A DNA stretch of 63,586 nucleotides, counting the filler, from Atractiella rhizophila (Eukaryota): NCBI GenBank assembly GCA_021432655.1. It is 9 parts of 7 records of this genome, joined end to end, with 100 filler letters (N's around TTAATTAATTAA, not from the genome) between each part and the next. Parts side by side here need not be neighbours in the genome. Positions count along the whole stretch, not along the records: positions 1 to 30,327 come from MU271202.1; 8 more parts are not named here. One strand, given 5' to 3'. Made by a program: the position numbers and the translations under genes. The stretch's first letter is position 1. Each line of letters begins with the position of its first letter. Of the stretch, positions 11,941 through 23,714 are shown one piece after another. The notes below the pieces were generated by a model. That model worked only from the letters and a program-made list of their open reading frames with translations, was not told the DNA's origin and made no database searches.

Positions 11941-14031
11941 ATGTATCACCTTCAACTCGATCTCCTGTATCCGTACCCACCTTCGACGAACGGTGCCTCC
12001 CGTTCCCTCTCCCTCCTTCCTCCTCACCTTCATTCCCAATACGTGCAATACCTACAGACCACTTCAATCACCGTTCTCCCAACGTCTGAAGACATCTGGA
12101 ACCTGTCTTCAATTGGATCTAGCAACGGGAAGGGGAAAGGACGACCGTCCGAAGAAGACGAGACTCTACAAACGACAGGACTGGTGGAAGATGAACTGGA
12201 CTACCGCCTCTCTCCGCTCTCCCTCGATTTTGTCTCCAACCCTACACTCGAATCGGCGGCAGAACAGATCGCAGGGTCCGACTACCGCTTAACACGCACC
12301 AATTTTGGGTCGTCGGAAGGAGCTGTAGTGGGAATGCGCCTCCCATCCCCATCAGCTTCTCGCGGTCTTCGTCAAGACCAAACAAACGCTGGGGGTAAGA
12401 AGACCCAAACGGGTTCCCTCGATATGCCTTGGGGGCTGATCAGGTTATTCAAGGAGAGGGAAGCGCCGACTAAGAGCCCAGCCATGACGAGAGGGAGAAG
12501 CTGGAGTATCGCTACTTTGAAGGACGAGGACGACGAACCTGACACCCAACTCGTGGCCGTCCTCGCAGTCCCAAGTTATATGACCAGCAGCGATTTTCTC
12601 ATCTTTGTCGGAGCCAAAGTGGTTGAGACCTTGGAAGGACTCAGAATGTTGAGGTACTGTTCAGTACTCCCTTCCACCAAGACTCGGCTGATGTGATGAC
12701 ATCGCAGAGACTCGATGCCGAATCGTTGTGTCGCTCTTCTCCGATTCCAGACATCTCAAGCGGCGAACAAGTTCATCAAACTTTTCAATGGGAAACCATT
12801 CACAGGCAATCCCGAATCAGAGATCTGTCATGCTGTCCCTCTCGCTTCCTTCGAAATCTCACAACTATCCACTCCACCGCACTCCACCTCCACGTCTTTC
12901 TTCTCTCCGTCTCCAATACCTACCCCTCCCCTCTCTCGTGGCGAGAAGGAGAGATATGAGCTTCCGACGTGTCCAATCTGCCTCGAACGCATGGACTCGT
13001 CCGTTACTGGCCTGCAGACACCCGTATGTCGGCATGGAGGTTCATGTTCCTGTCTCTCTCGATGGGGAGATGGAAACTGTCCCGTTTGTCGGCTCTCCAT
13101 GTCTGAACCGCCTAAAGAGTTATCGTGTTCTTCTTGCCTCTTGAGCGAGAACCTCTGGATCTGCCTCATCTGCGGACACGTCGGATGCGGCCGCTACCAG
13201 TCGCGGCATGCTCAAGGCCATTTCGCTCAGGAGGGACATGGTTTTGCGATGGAAGTGGTCCCGGGTACGGGGAGGGTGTGGGATTATTCTGGTGATGGAT
13301 ATGTGCATCGGTTAGTTAGGAATCGAACGGATGGGAAGATCGTTGAGCTTCCGACGTCATTTGCCGCCTCTACAACCGAAGATCAACTTCAACGTTCTCC
13401 TGGAGGAGGCGGAGGAGGACCGGATCGAAGGATGATGGCGAATCAGGAGAAGATTGAAGCTATCGGATTGGAATATAGTTATCTCTTGACCAGCCAACTG
13501 GACAGTCAGAGGGACTTTTACGATGAACTTGTTAGGGGATTAAGGAGTCAATTAGATGCAGCTAGGAAGGGAATAGATGAGGAAAGAAGGAAAAGAAAGG
13601 AGGTGGAAGAGATGTGGCAGCGGGAGGTAGAGGAAGAAAAGGAAGAAACTGAGGCAGTCACGAAATTGGAGAAGGAGCTCAAGAAGGCGAAGGAACGAGG
13701 GGAACGGTTCCTTGCTGACAAACAGGCATTGGAAAAGAGCCTCGAAACTGAAAGATTAGTCAATCGCGGACTGATCGAGAACCTCAAGGCTCTGAAAGCG
13801 ACCAATGTTGATCTCGATCAACAGGTGACTAGATTTCAGGCAGAGGTTCAGGACTTGCAGGAGCAGGTTAGGGATGTGATGGTTGCGCTGGAAATGAGGG
13901 AGAGGATCGAGAAAGAGATTGAGAAAGGGGAGGAGGGGGAGGAAAGCATAAGAGAGATCGAAGGTGGGTCTGTCTTCGTTCCTCCAGAAACGACTTCGTC
14001 GAAGAAGAAAAGTAAAAAGAAGAAGAAATGA
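11941..14031 (+). CDS. ETP1: BRAP2/Etp1-type protein (BRAP2 domain + RING + ZnF-UBP + coiled coil)
   Basis: VAVLAVPSYMTSSDFL (BRAP2 domain), ELPTCPICLERMD (RING), LWICLICGHVGCGRY...RVWDYSGDGYVHRL (ZnF-UBP) and EYSYLLTSQLDSQR. One intron near 12654-12708 joins the two ORFs. Confidence 0.9.
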
Positions 14032-15638
14032 CCAGTAAAGGGTCACGACACTTGTGAATATATCAGCATCTCGAGCGCCTCGCGTGTGTTGTAGAATATC
14101 ACTGTGTTCAAGTAATTTTACAGTTCTGATTGATTGCTTCATCGTAATCTTTATCGTTGTTTTTTAACGACATCTCGAGCACGTTACCTTTCACGCGCCA
14201 AACTTGAATGTACCCGCTATCCTTCTCCCGGCTGTTCAAGCAGAGCGCCATTACAGTCTCTGTACGATCCTTGTCCCTAACGCGACAAACACCATCGACA
14301 CGAGCTCGTACGTTGACGCTCGTACATCCTCCCAACATTGTTCGAAATGTACACTTGTATACGAACACACAAACAGGTAGCACCGCGGATCGTTTCGAGT
14401 CACCGTACTGTCTCAAAACCGTATTGAACCTGGATTGGGCTGAGGGCGCGGGGTCCGAGGCGTCTGGTGAGCTACGCTAGCAGTGGAAGAGCGTCCAGTG
14501 GATTTTCCGGGTGGTGAAGTTGCCCCAAGACGCTCACGAATATGTGAGATAAGGACGCAAATCGCCTGCCCTCCGCCCGATTTCCACTTGGTATCTCCCT
14601 TCCGACAGCTCTTAGGTATCATATCTTCTGCCATCCCAAACCCCGTCCAACCAAGCCGCCCGCAAACGATTGAATTCCATCGGCATTGCAACGTTTCGAT
14701 CCGAATTGGTTATGTTGGACTTTATCAGGGAAAATAAGAAGTCTGTCGAAAGCGGGCTCAAGCTTCACCTCCATCTCCTGTCAATAACTGCTTATTAGAC
14801 AAAGTGAAGACAGACTCTCGGTGGAGCCGTCAAAGAAAAGGAAATCGCGAGCGTTAACTCCATTGTGAAATCTGAAATCTCGAAATATCGAGGGCAAGAG
14901 GGCGAAAACGAGCTCAGGTTGTCTGTTGGCTGGCTCAGCATGTCCTTTGCGCTCAGCAAGGGGTACATCGAATCGAGACTGCGTCCTTTTAGAGTCCTTC
15001 AGACCCTGCCTCATGTTCCTACCTATTGCTGCCAAATTGCTTGCCACTCAGAACCACATTCGGCAGGAGAAGGATGGGTAATTGAATGAGTTCGGATGCT
15101 CAGGCTTCCCAAGGCTGTTCGGTGTTCCGAACCGAAGCTGTCCCTCATACTGAGAGGCATGCTCTCAAATGCTTGGGCAGTTCATTAGGGATGCTGAGCG
15201 TTGGTTCTGTTCAACCCAGCATTCAAAGGCAGACAGGATTTGACAACAGTACAGAAGCAGCCTGCGTGAAATGTAGGTTAACCTTCCACGTGGCTCGTCG
15301 GAGTTGAAGTAAAAGCGAAGGAGATCTTTGCACATTTTATCTCCTTCATTTGCAGTTCCCAAATGCCCCTGCAATTCTCCCCTGAGATCTTCTGCTTGAG
15401 GACGCGGTGGAGAGCTGCTGTGGCGCTTATAAGACCATTCAGAGTCCTTACGTGCATACCAGACCAGGTTTGAGGAAAGTGAGATTTAGTTGAAGACTGG
15501 AAGCAAATTTGTGAGTTTCTTTGTTCTTCGTGATTTCCAAACTCAGATTGCATTTCTTTCTTCTCCCTTTCTTTCTTCTCCAAACATAAATATCTTTCGT
15601 GAATTCTCTTGAGTTTCATTCATAAATATCGCATAAAT

Positions 15639-16852
15639 ATGTTTCATCAATATCTTACTTCATCTCCTTCAACAGACCTTCAACACCTCCAAACTCCATT
15701 TCAACAAACTCCAACAGCATCCATCCATCCAGAAATGGAGTACTCAGACGAAGAGATCGACTACACAGTCGACCATCTCGACACACTCTCGCCTTCTCAG
15801 CGCACGGCATTCCTCGCCAGCATCGGACTGATCGATCCCTCCGTCTGTTCCTCCTCATCCACCTCATCCACCTCCTCCAACCACCTACCCCCTCAACCCT
15901 TCGGATATGCCGCGCTCCAGAATTCATATTACTACAAGCACCGAGACCAGCATCCCCCTTCGCCACCGACAACGACTACGCTGGGAGGGTATGCTACCAC
16001 GAACAGTGCGAACCAACCTGGTGGACGTTCTGGGATCCGGCGTCCTCGTGGACAAGCCCAGAAGGAGGAACCCAAGCGGCGTAAGTTGTCTCGATCTCCT
16101 CCCCTCCTCCACCCGCCGTAGTCTTGTGGCCAAGACTGATGTTGGACGCAGACGCCTGTTCCCAATGCCCCCGTGCTTTTGCACGTCCATCTGCCCTCCA
16201 GACGCACATGCTTACCCACAGCGGCGAGAAGCCGCATGTCTGTCCCGTCCAGGGGTGTGGCAGGAGGTTCAGCGTTTTGAGCAACCTGAGGAGGCACATG
16301 AAGGTCCATCCCGGTCACTCCCTAGATGAGGGTACCTCCTTCGGATCTCTTAGGGAGAGAGAGGAGGAGGAACCGATTGGGATTTCAATTGGAAGTCCAA
16401 GTGGTGGTAGTGGAAAGGAGGAGAAGGCGAGGAGGGAGAGCTGGTTGCTTCAACCCGCCACACCAAGCGCGAGTCCGGCAAGCCAGACTGGTCATGGTGC
16501 AATGTATGCCCAACAGCAAGGCTATCAGTTCCCATCCCCTCCCCCTAACGAACCGCTTCTGCATCCTTCCATGGCGTTGGACGACAGATCGTATTCGAAT
16601 GGGACGAATGCAAACGGTAACATGGGATGGTACGAATATTCGACCTCTTCGAATCCTTCACCGTTGCCCGTGCCGACGACAAACGACTGGGCGTACCTCC
16701 AACAGCAACATCAGTACCTGCAACCTCAAATGGAAGAGTCAATGATACAGCACCACCCGCACAACGGTGCAACGCTCATAGGTGTTGGAACGGATGAGTG
16801 GGACTACGGAGAGGATGCCAGAAGGTATTTTGGTGCTTCTTACGGCAGATAA
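15639..16852 (+). CDS. Transcription factor with two C2H2 zinc fingers
   Basis: CSQCPRAFARPSALQTHMLTHSGEKPHVCPVQGCGRRFSVLSNLRRHMKVH; intron GTAAGT...GCAG at about 16081-16151. The start codon is uncertain (15639 or 15735). Confidence 0.85.
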
Positions 16853-19800
16853 AAGGTGTGTTGAGCCACCCTTCTCGAGTGGTAAAAAGATTGACCTGAA
16901 TTCAGAAGGCGCTATGTCAGGCTGCTAAGTCAGGCGATGATAGGAGAAGATACCCAACCTGAAATGATGCTGATACCCCCAAATCGTCACCACTAACGAC
17001 TTCAATCTCAGTCTTCAGTCTTCCGTCCTCATCCTCACGCCACATTCAATCTTCCACTCCTAACAACCGACTCAAATCTCAATCTTTGATTAGTCCTCGA
17101 AAGGCTTCTGTCTTCAGTTCAAATCAGTCGTACAACCGCTATGTCCCTAAACCGTCATCCAATCGAAGAAGTGAACGAAGTCCAAAGTGATGCGCCGTCA
17201 TGATTCCTGTTTCTTTCCATTTTTCATTCTGTCTTCCCATTATACTCGGTTATGCGTGATATTTTGCCTGTTGTCTCCAAATTATTGTAATCGATGTAGC
17301 CCTAATATCTGCTCTCCACTTCACTTCATTCTACTGATCAGAACAATTTGGTTGGACGTTGCAGGAGTTGGTGATTTCGTACCAAAAAATGTTTATCCTT
17401 CCAGGAGATGTCGTTGGTGTGATGGTTACGTTGATATCGAGACAATGAAATGACGACACGACGTTTGACGTGAATGATGCGGGCCGATGGACGAATCGAA
17501 TTACGACGTTCTCCTTCGTTGAGTTCACGAGGAAAACGGGGCAACTTCGAATCAGAGACTGTTCAGAGAATGAAGACATCAGGTTTCTCTGTGAGGGAGC
17601 TCGACTATATATTGTGGATGCCTCATGAAACCTGTGACTTCTTCAATCGGACCGCTGCGACCTGGAAAATCTGTAAATCATCGGAAATCCAGTTCAGTCA
17701 CATCCAGACCTCCCGAATCCGACCTGTTCCAGTGGGATAAAGCACGCCATCGAACAAGACGGAGTACTGAGATACATGCCGAGCGTAGATGGAACGCAAG
17801 AATGAATATCTGCCCAGCAGTCGCGCACCGTTCTCGAACCGAGGGGTGAGCCGATGGGACGAATGGACTGAAGAGCTGTCGCAGAAGCTGGATCGAAGTT
17901 ATCCTAGGTTATTGTCAGCCTGTCACTTCGCCATCGAAAGCATGGTCGGCTGACGATGCAAAAGCTGCTCGGAGGGTGTCAATGCACATCAGCAGATCCT
18001 GGAGAACTACAACTTCGAGTTGAATGCAGAAGGAATGTCCCAGGGGAAGAGATGAAGTAGAGCGAGGCAAATACTATTCGATAAAAGGTCGCAAAAGTGA
18101 ACGAGAAAATTAAGAAACTGCATGCCCTTCGGCCACCCTTTCCTCTGATTTGCTTCGGCTTCGATTCGAGTGGTGGGTAGTTTTCCTTCGATTGACTGTA
18201 AACCACTGCCGAAGGGGAAGACAAATAATTGTTTGCTTAAGACAGAACGCAAGAATCGTCCTTCCAGCCTCGTTGCCGAGACAGCTGACAACGAGAAGAA
18301 CGGATCTCCAAGCCTGCTGCAGTGGATGCTGATTGTAGATACGGCAAGTTTTTGGAGCACAGTGTAAGCGTTTGGGATACTTGGATCAAAGCAGCCCCAA
18401 GTAGTGGAGGCTTTGCCGTAAGTCCTCTAATCAGCCTTGATAGCGACTTTTTCGAAAACCACAAATTTATCAGAGAAGTAAGTTAGTATGCGATCTCAAT
18501 AGCGCATGTCCAATGACGATCCTTTGCGGACTCCCTGCAAAATGTGATCTCAGAGCTTCATCGAAAAACACAGTTTTCAAGGCTTTGAATCGCGGATATG
18601 GGGCAAAAAGAATGATTACACTCTCCGAAATGGGACACACGTTGAAAAACGGATGGCTTCATCCACTTTTCGCGGACAATATTTGGTATAGAGTGTGTAA
18701 GGACAAAAAAAACCAGTTTCTCGGGAAGGAAAAATGTCATGTCAAGCAGAATAGCAAGCGTGTCAACATAGGCTCAATAATGTCATCACGCTGCACAAGA
18801 GAAGCTCTGCCCTGCGACACGGGTCACAACAGCTAGTCTATCTGCTTGTGATTGTGCATGGTCTTGCTGCTGGCGGTTGTGATGGACTCTTGAAATTCGC
18901 AGGAAGAATCCGTTTAGAGGACAACAATACGATAGCCTGTAGAGCGGCAAGACCATCGAGCAAGAGAAAAGTCCTTTTATGAACCTCCATCAAAAATGAA
19001 TGAAGGGACTGAGGAAAGAAGCTCTTTTGAGCACGGATGAAGAGACACCTAGGGAACATGGAAACACGGAGATCGTCATGCATCAGAAGGCAAGAGGGTT
19101 CTTTTATCGGAGGAAGAAAACTCTGTCATTGTTGACGGTGTCAGTAACCTCGAAAGTACAATGAAGCGATCACCACTGAGTTCAATTGAGAATTATAGGT
19201 ACATAAAAGACAAAGAGGTTATTGTTAATCGCGGTGTTCTTGCGCCAAATACACGAGGAAGAGGGATTTATTTGTTCAATCACCTTTCAGTTGTCATTGT
19301 CTTCAAGTTTAGTTCATCCTGGTTTTAAGCTTGAACAGCGTGGAAACTAGCTTGTGACTTGGTACTCTGCTATGCATAGCTTTCAAATAGTTGATAACAC
19401 ATGTCAGAGCCTTTCATGGCTCATTTTAACGAACGACGTTGGTGACAGTTAGTGGACGGAAATGGGGAAGCGGTTATGGACCGTGTGTCAGGTGGTTGTG
19501 AAACGACCAAGTTACTTCCTTCTCATGTTCCGATGTCGTGCCAGGTCTAAGCACTGAGGGCAACAGCAGCTGGGAATCGCTTATATTTTATATTTTTCTC
19601 CTCCTTCTCTCTTTTAAAGCAGTAATTTTGTTGTAGGAATAAACCTTCTTCTTTCTCAGCTTCCCAACTTTCAAACGTTCGACTTGGTCAAATTCTCGCG
19701 GAGCTCAGATTTTGGGCTGACATCGGATCGCACAAGCTCATAACAGAGCAGTTTTGAAGAATATATCGAAAAAATCAACGTAGGGAAGCAGTCGTTCAAC

Positions 19801-22800
19801 ATGGCTAGCTCACACAACTTGATCCTTACCAAACAATTTTTGAATGCATTGTTCACCCAAGCAAACATTGGAAACGATTTCGAGGACAAAGTCGAAAAGG
19901 TCATCAGCGCTCTCGAAGACACAAATGTAGGAGAGCTCGAGAAGCCGGAAATAATCAGGGATTGTTTAGGTGGGTTATTGAAATCTCCAGTCGACGGATC
20001 GGTGAGTGTCTCCGTGATTTGTGTTACACTTGGGTACTGTGTTAAATCATGTATGTGGAAAGGATCTCCTGTCTCCATCTTCGCTCGATTCTGTCACACT
20101 TTCTCTCCTTCATCGTCACAAAGCGGACAGTGTGTCCTCATTCACTCTCCTCCCATCTTCCGGTGGCCTGCCTTCTCCTTCACTCTTCTCTCGCCCCAGT
20201 ATACCGCGCTCTGGTTCTCAGACCTACGTCCCAGCATTGAACCACAAAGGTTCCTCCTCTTCCTTACGTTCCAACAATTCCACTGGGGCAGGTGGTTCAA
20301 CACTCAAGAACTCTTTTCTCCCTGCAGCGCCTGGCACTCCAACTAGTCCCTTCGCTCCCGTCAGCCCTAGTCCGCTTGCTCGCAGGATCAACCGAGCAGG
20401 AGACGAAGATGACGATAGCGGAGCACTGGATGAAGTCCGAAGCAGGACAAGCACGGATTCTAGGAATTCCGGAGGTGATGGATCCAGTTCAGGCGGTGGA
20501 TTGAATGCTTTTGCGACCGAATTCAAGCCACGTTTGTCAGGAGTCACTGGGACGGGCTCTTCCTCCAGTTTGAATATTCTCCCCAAGAACTCACCCGCTA
20601 GTTCGTTCGACGAACTCCCAAATCAAAATCTTACTTCCGCATCGCTGTCCCAGCGCGCATCTCCTCCTCCCATGCTACCGCCAGGTTTGTCTCCAAAACT
20701 CAATGCTGCAAGATTGGTCAAACACATCGATCTGCCTCCTCGTGGATTGACCCCTACGGACCCAGCGTCCCTTTGGAACTCCTCGCCCCTCGGAACACCG
20801 ACCAAGTTCCCCACCCTCGTGGCCACTCCCCCCATTCCTTCACCTGCCGGATCTGATATACCGCGCAACCCCTGGAGCGATGATTCTCCATTCCCAGGCA
20901 TCACTGGTTTGGCTAGTGGGATCAGTGGCATTAGTTTGGGAGGATTGGGAAGAAACGGCAGTGGACTCCAGGATGAGCAAACATACGATCCTTGGGCTGA
21001 CACTCCGGCTGCTAATCCTAACATCCATTCTGGAGGGGCTGGAAGCGGTGCCAACACCCCTTCCAGAAGGTATGGGCAAGAAGACGTTTGGGGGCTTGGG
21101 TTGGGAGGGTTGTCAACCGGTATCCCCTTTGAAGGACCTGGTCACTCACCTGTCTACGAGTTCAACGACCCCATCGCTTCCCTGGCCCTCAGCCAAGCAG
21201 CGGGATCGAGTAGTTTGACAAGCACGGGTTTGAATGGGTATCAGACCACATATGAGATGACACCCCTAGATTTCTTATACACCCTCTTCAGCTCGCCTGA
21301 AGGAGGAGGGGTTGATCTCGAGCCTGAAGAATTGGAAGAGGCATTGAATAGGAACAACTATGATATCAATAAGACCGTGGAATTCATCCTCGAGTCTCGA
21401 TTCGTCACCTCCTCCGCAAATACTGGCAACATAGTGGGGTTGAGGGAATCGTTTGATGGTATGGAGATTAAGCCTATGGGGCCAGGAGGAGGAGGAAGCA
21501 ACAGAAATTCATTGTTGATGGGAAGTGGAAGCCGGCCAATCATCGTTTCGAGGGACAGCTTCGATAGACAGTTTAGACCTGGTGGGGGCGGAGGAAGTAA
21601 TCCTGGTTCGAGACCACATACGCCGACTGGAGGGGGAAGATTCGGAATGGGTGGAAGACCCGTTACTCCAACTGGAGGTGGGGGGAAAGTTTGTAGATAT
21701 TACTTGCAGGGAGCCTGCTTGAGGAGTGATTGTAGATATAGTCATGAGTAAGTCGTCTTCCTATCTCACACATCATAATTAAAACCTGACGAATGATAAC
21801 AGTGTTGGGAAAGCTGTTTGTAAATTTTGGTTGAGAGGAAATTGCTTGAAAGGGCCGGAAAGATGCGGCTTTTTGCATTCGTAAGCTTCGCGAGATTTCC
21901 AAAACCCACCTAACAGGCCCATGTAGCATCCCACCAGTCATGACAGCGGATAGCCTCGAGAAACAATATCCTGGAGAGCTTAACCTCGATCCTACTGGCG
22001 ACGGTGATCCGGATCTAAGCGATTATATCGATTTCCCCACCCTCGATAACCATTCTCCTCGGATGGCCCATTCACTTTCTGGTGGTATGGACCCCTCTCG
22101 CCAACGATTCAGCCAAGCAGTAAAGTATGGAAGGCCCCATCCTTCCCTCCACGGTGGCAGGAAGGAAGTGCGTACCCCTCCTGTCCAACCTAGACCTAGT
22201 CCTCGAGTCAATCTTCGGCCACCTCAGCTCCTTCCAACTCTCAAAACTGGTGCCGATTTGCAAAATCTCTACGCGCACTATCGGGAGAACTTTCTTCAAC
22301 TCGGAACGATGAGGAACAAATTACTTGCAAAAGCTGCTGAAGCTTGGAGGAAGGGCGATGGAGCGGCCGCGAGAAAGTTTTCTCGAGAAGCAAATGAAGT
22401 GAACAGGAACGTCAGCCTTGCAGGTCGCCAGGCTGCTGCTAGGATTCTGGATGAGAGGAGGAGGTGCTTAAAGGAAGCTGTCGCTGCTCAAGTCTGGAAG
22501 CCATCGCAAGTTGACGAGAAGCCTGACCGAGCGCAGAGGGCGAGAGATGTAGGAGGGGGACTTGGAGTTATTTTGGGTGTCGTTGCGCAACGGCCAGATG
22601 GTGCCCAGTTGACGGCGGACGAGAGGACGGAGGCAGCCATCGATCTTCACGGTTTACATCCCGACGAAGCAATCGAGTTTTTGGAGAAGTTTTTGAGCGC
22701 TCTCGAGAGCGAACAGTTCATGGGTCAGACCTATTTGATTGTTGGGTTGGAAAGGCATACGGGTCAGGGGGAAGGCCAGCGAAGTCAAGGACGGCAACGT

Positions 22801-22893
22801 TTGGCACAGGCGGTAATGGAGTATTTGAGCGGTAACCTTTACCCTTGGCGGGATCTCAAGACTGGTATCATCGTCGTCGATGCTGCCAGGTAA
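19801..22893 (+). CDS. PAM2 + UBA/CUE-like + two CCCH zinc fingers + DUF1771/Smr domain protein, 4 exons
   Basis: LNAFATEFKP (PAM2); ELEEALNRNNYDINKTVEFIL (UBA/CUE-like); CRYYLQGACLRSDCRYSH and CKFWLRGNCLKGPERCGFLH (CCCH); AAEAWRKGDGAAARKFS (DUF1771); IDLHGLHPDEAIEFL...LIVG (Smr). Confidence 0.85.
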
Positions 22894-23714
22894 CAATAAC
22901 CGAAAACGTGTATTGCAAAAGGTCCAAACAGACCAGCTCACGATTTCATACGAACTCAGGCACGAAAAATCAACAAGAACAATTCACAATGAAGACGACC
23001 ACTTTCGTCAGCTCGTTCTACCGGCGTACATTCCTAATTCTGTTTTTTTCTTTCATCTCCATTCGGTTTCTTTCGGTTACCCCTCTCTCCAACCCTTGTC
23101 CCTTCTTCAGAATAGTATATCTTCCCTGGACCTACTCTTACTCGATTTCAAGACAAAGTAGAATAGCCTTTCGGTTTAGTGCTTCTCTCATCTCCATCAG
23201 CCTTCCCTCACCTCTTGACAAACAACTACTAAACCTGCTTGCTCCACCATTTCATTTCTCTTTTTTTGCATTTCCTATCGTTGGGACGGAAACTCGACGG
23301 TGATGATATGTTGGTCAGGAGGAAGAAGAAGAAAGTTATAAAGAAACGAAGAAGCGAAGAAAAAGAAGAAAGCAGTTGGGTTTCAATGACAAATTTAGTC
23401 TCAGCGATGTATTAATCACCCTTCGAAACGATGTATTCTATATGCAAACCTGAATCAAGAATGGTCGTCTTAGTGAAATGCTTTTGCGTCTTCATTTCCG
23501 TTCTATCATCGGCAAGGTCGCACATTTTCTTTCTCCTTTGACGCTATGGGCTTCAAAAGTGATGCCAAGTAACGCAGAATGGGTTACTGAGCTTCAAGTT
23601 CAGGAGCACGAACCCGAATAAATGTACCGACAAGAAAAACACAAAACAGGAAACTTTAGAGTGCCTCAGCCCATCATTAAATGGTTCGTAACGGAATTTT
23701 CGTCCCTCTACTTG

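Noticed and set aside
14100..15100. Possible multi-exon gene or relic on the minus strand downstream of ETP1
   Set aside because: There are protein-like ORF pieces, but I could not build a consistent spliced model or recognise a domain.
16930..16975. C/D-box-like words (GATGA, CTGA)
   Set aside because: Spacing is too short, and no terminal stem or rRNA-complementary guide could be identified.
16900..19750. Long gene-poor interval with short ORFs
   Set aside because: No transposase or RT motifs, terminal repeats or coherent gene model were seen.
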